From Ruminococcus albus 7 = DSM 20455 (GTDB lineage Bacteria > Bacillota > Clostridia > Oscillospirales > Ruminococcaceae), in NCBI RefSeq assembly GCF_000179635.2, contig NC_014833.1, positions 720,001-752,000 of the forward strand: DNA of 32,000 nt, written 5' to 3'. Of the stretch, positions 31,710-32,000 are shown piece after piece (the stretch's first letter is position 1; each line of letters starts with the position of its first letter). Position numbers and translations under genes: made by a program. A model generated the notes under the pieces. That model made no database searches, was not told the DNA's origin, and worked only from the letters and a program-made list of their open reading frames with translations.

Positions 31710-31970
31710 ATGAAAGAATTCAGTTATACTATCAAGGATGAGATCGGTATCCATGCAAGACCTGCAGGAAATCTAGTAAAGCTGATAAAGAGCTTTATGA
31801 GTACTGTAACTATTGAAAAAGAAGGTAAAGAGCCGATAAACGGCACAGCACTCATGAAGCTGATGAGTCTTGGGGTCAAGCGCGGTGATACTGTCAGGTT
31901 CACTGTTGAAGGTGATGACGAAGATGCAGCAGTAAAGGGCATTGAAGAATTCATGAAAGAAAACCTTTAG
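31710..31970 (+). CDS. ptsH: HPr-family phosphocarrier protein
   Basis: 86 aa, with the active-site His motif EIGIHARPAG and LMKLMSLGV. RBS GGAAG upstream. Confidence 0.85.
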   Translation: MKEFSYTIKDEIGIHARPAGNLVKLIKSFMSTVTIEKEGKEPINGTALMKLMSLGVKRGDTVRFTVEGDDEDAAVKGIEEFMKENL

Positions 31971-32000
31971 TATGCGAAAGGTCGGTGAGAAATATGACAG

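Noticed and set aside
31994-32000. ATG at 31994 preceded by GGTGAG; possible start of the next gene, and ptsI would be expected after ptsH
   Set aside because: Only 7 nt are in the window, so the call cannot be supported.

Overview
The window looks like a Firmicutes/Clostridia-type chromosome; that assignment is inferred from gene content and Shine-Dalgarno usage and was not searched.

**Left flank (1-4.3 kb).** It holds a protease gene that runs off the window edge on the minus strand and is missing from the ORF track. It also holds a small membrane protein, a C_GCAxxG_C_C protein, and a NifU-like + GGGtGRT gene pair.

**Junction (4.3-5.5 kb).** A decayed AAA-ATPase fragment and about 650 bp of AT-rich non-coding DNA form a junction. 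This spacer contains a perfect 22-bp palindrome and a consensus sigma-A-type promoter.

**Main locus (5424-26222, about 20.7 kb).** All genes here are on the + strand and tightly packed or overlapping. I read this array as a non-canonical type VII (WXG100 / FtsK-SpoIIIE) secretion locus. In order it encodes:
- a coiled-coil protein
- an LXG-like, membrane-embedded candidate effector
- a TPR protein
- four small helical WXG100-type proteins; only one keeps a true W-x-G, and two share a DxELGK(V/F)NRQ tail
- a PEVK-like protein built from near-identical 69-bp tandem repeats
- an EssC-type ATPase divided by a single in-frame TGA into 1176-aa and 624-aa parts, with no visible FHA motif at the N-terminus
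- a membrane-anchored Hanks-type kinase that keeps its catalytic motifs and sits where EssB normally sits
- a small 2-TM protein
- a 1954-aa tail-anchored surface protein with about 12 Ig-like modules

I could not recognise canonical EsaA, EssA, EssB or EsaB.

**Right flank (26.3-32 kb).** This is a LacI-controlled sucrose PTS operon. scrA carries a +1 frameshift and scrB carries an in-frame TAA. It is followed by an intact fructokinase gene and an HPr-like gene.

All family assignments rest on motifs read by eye. No searches were run.
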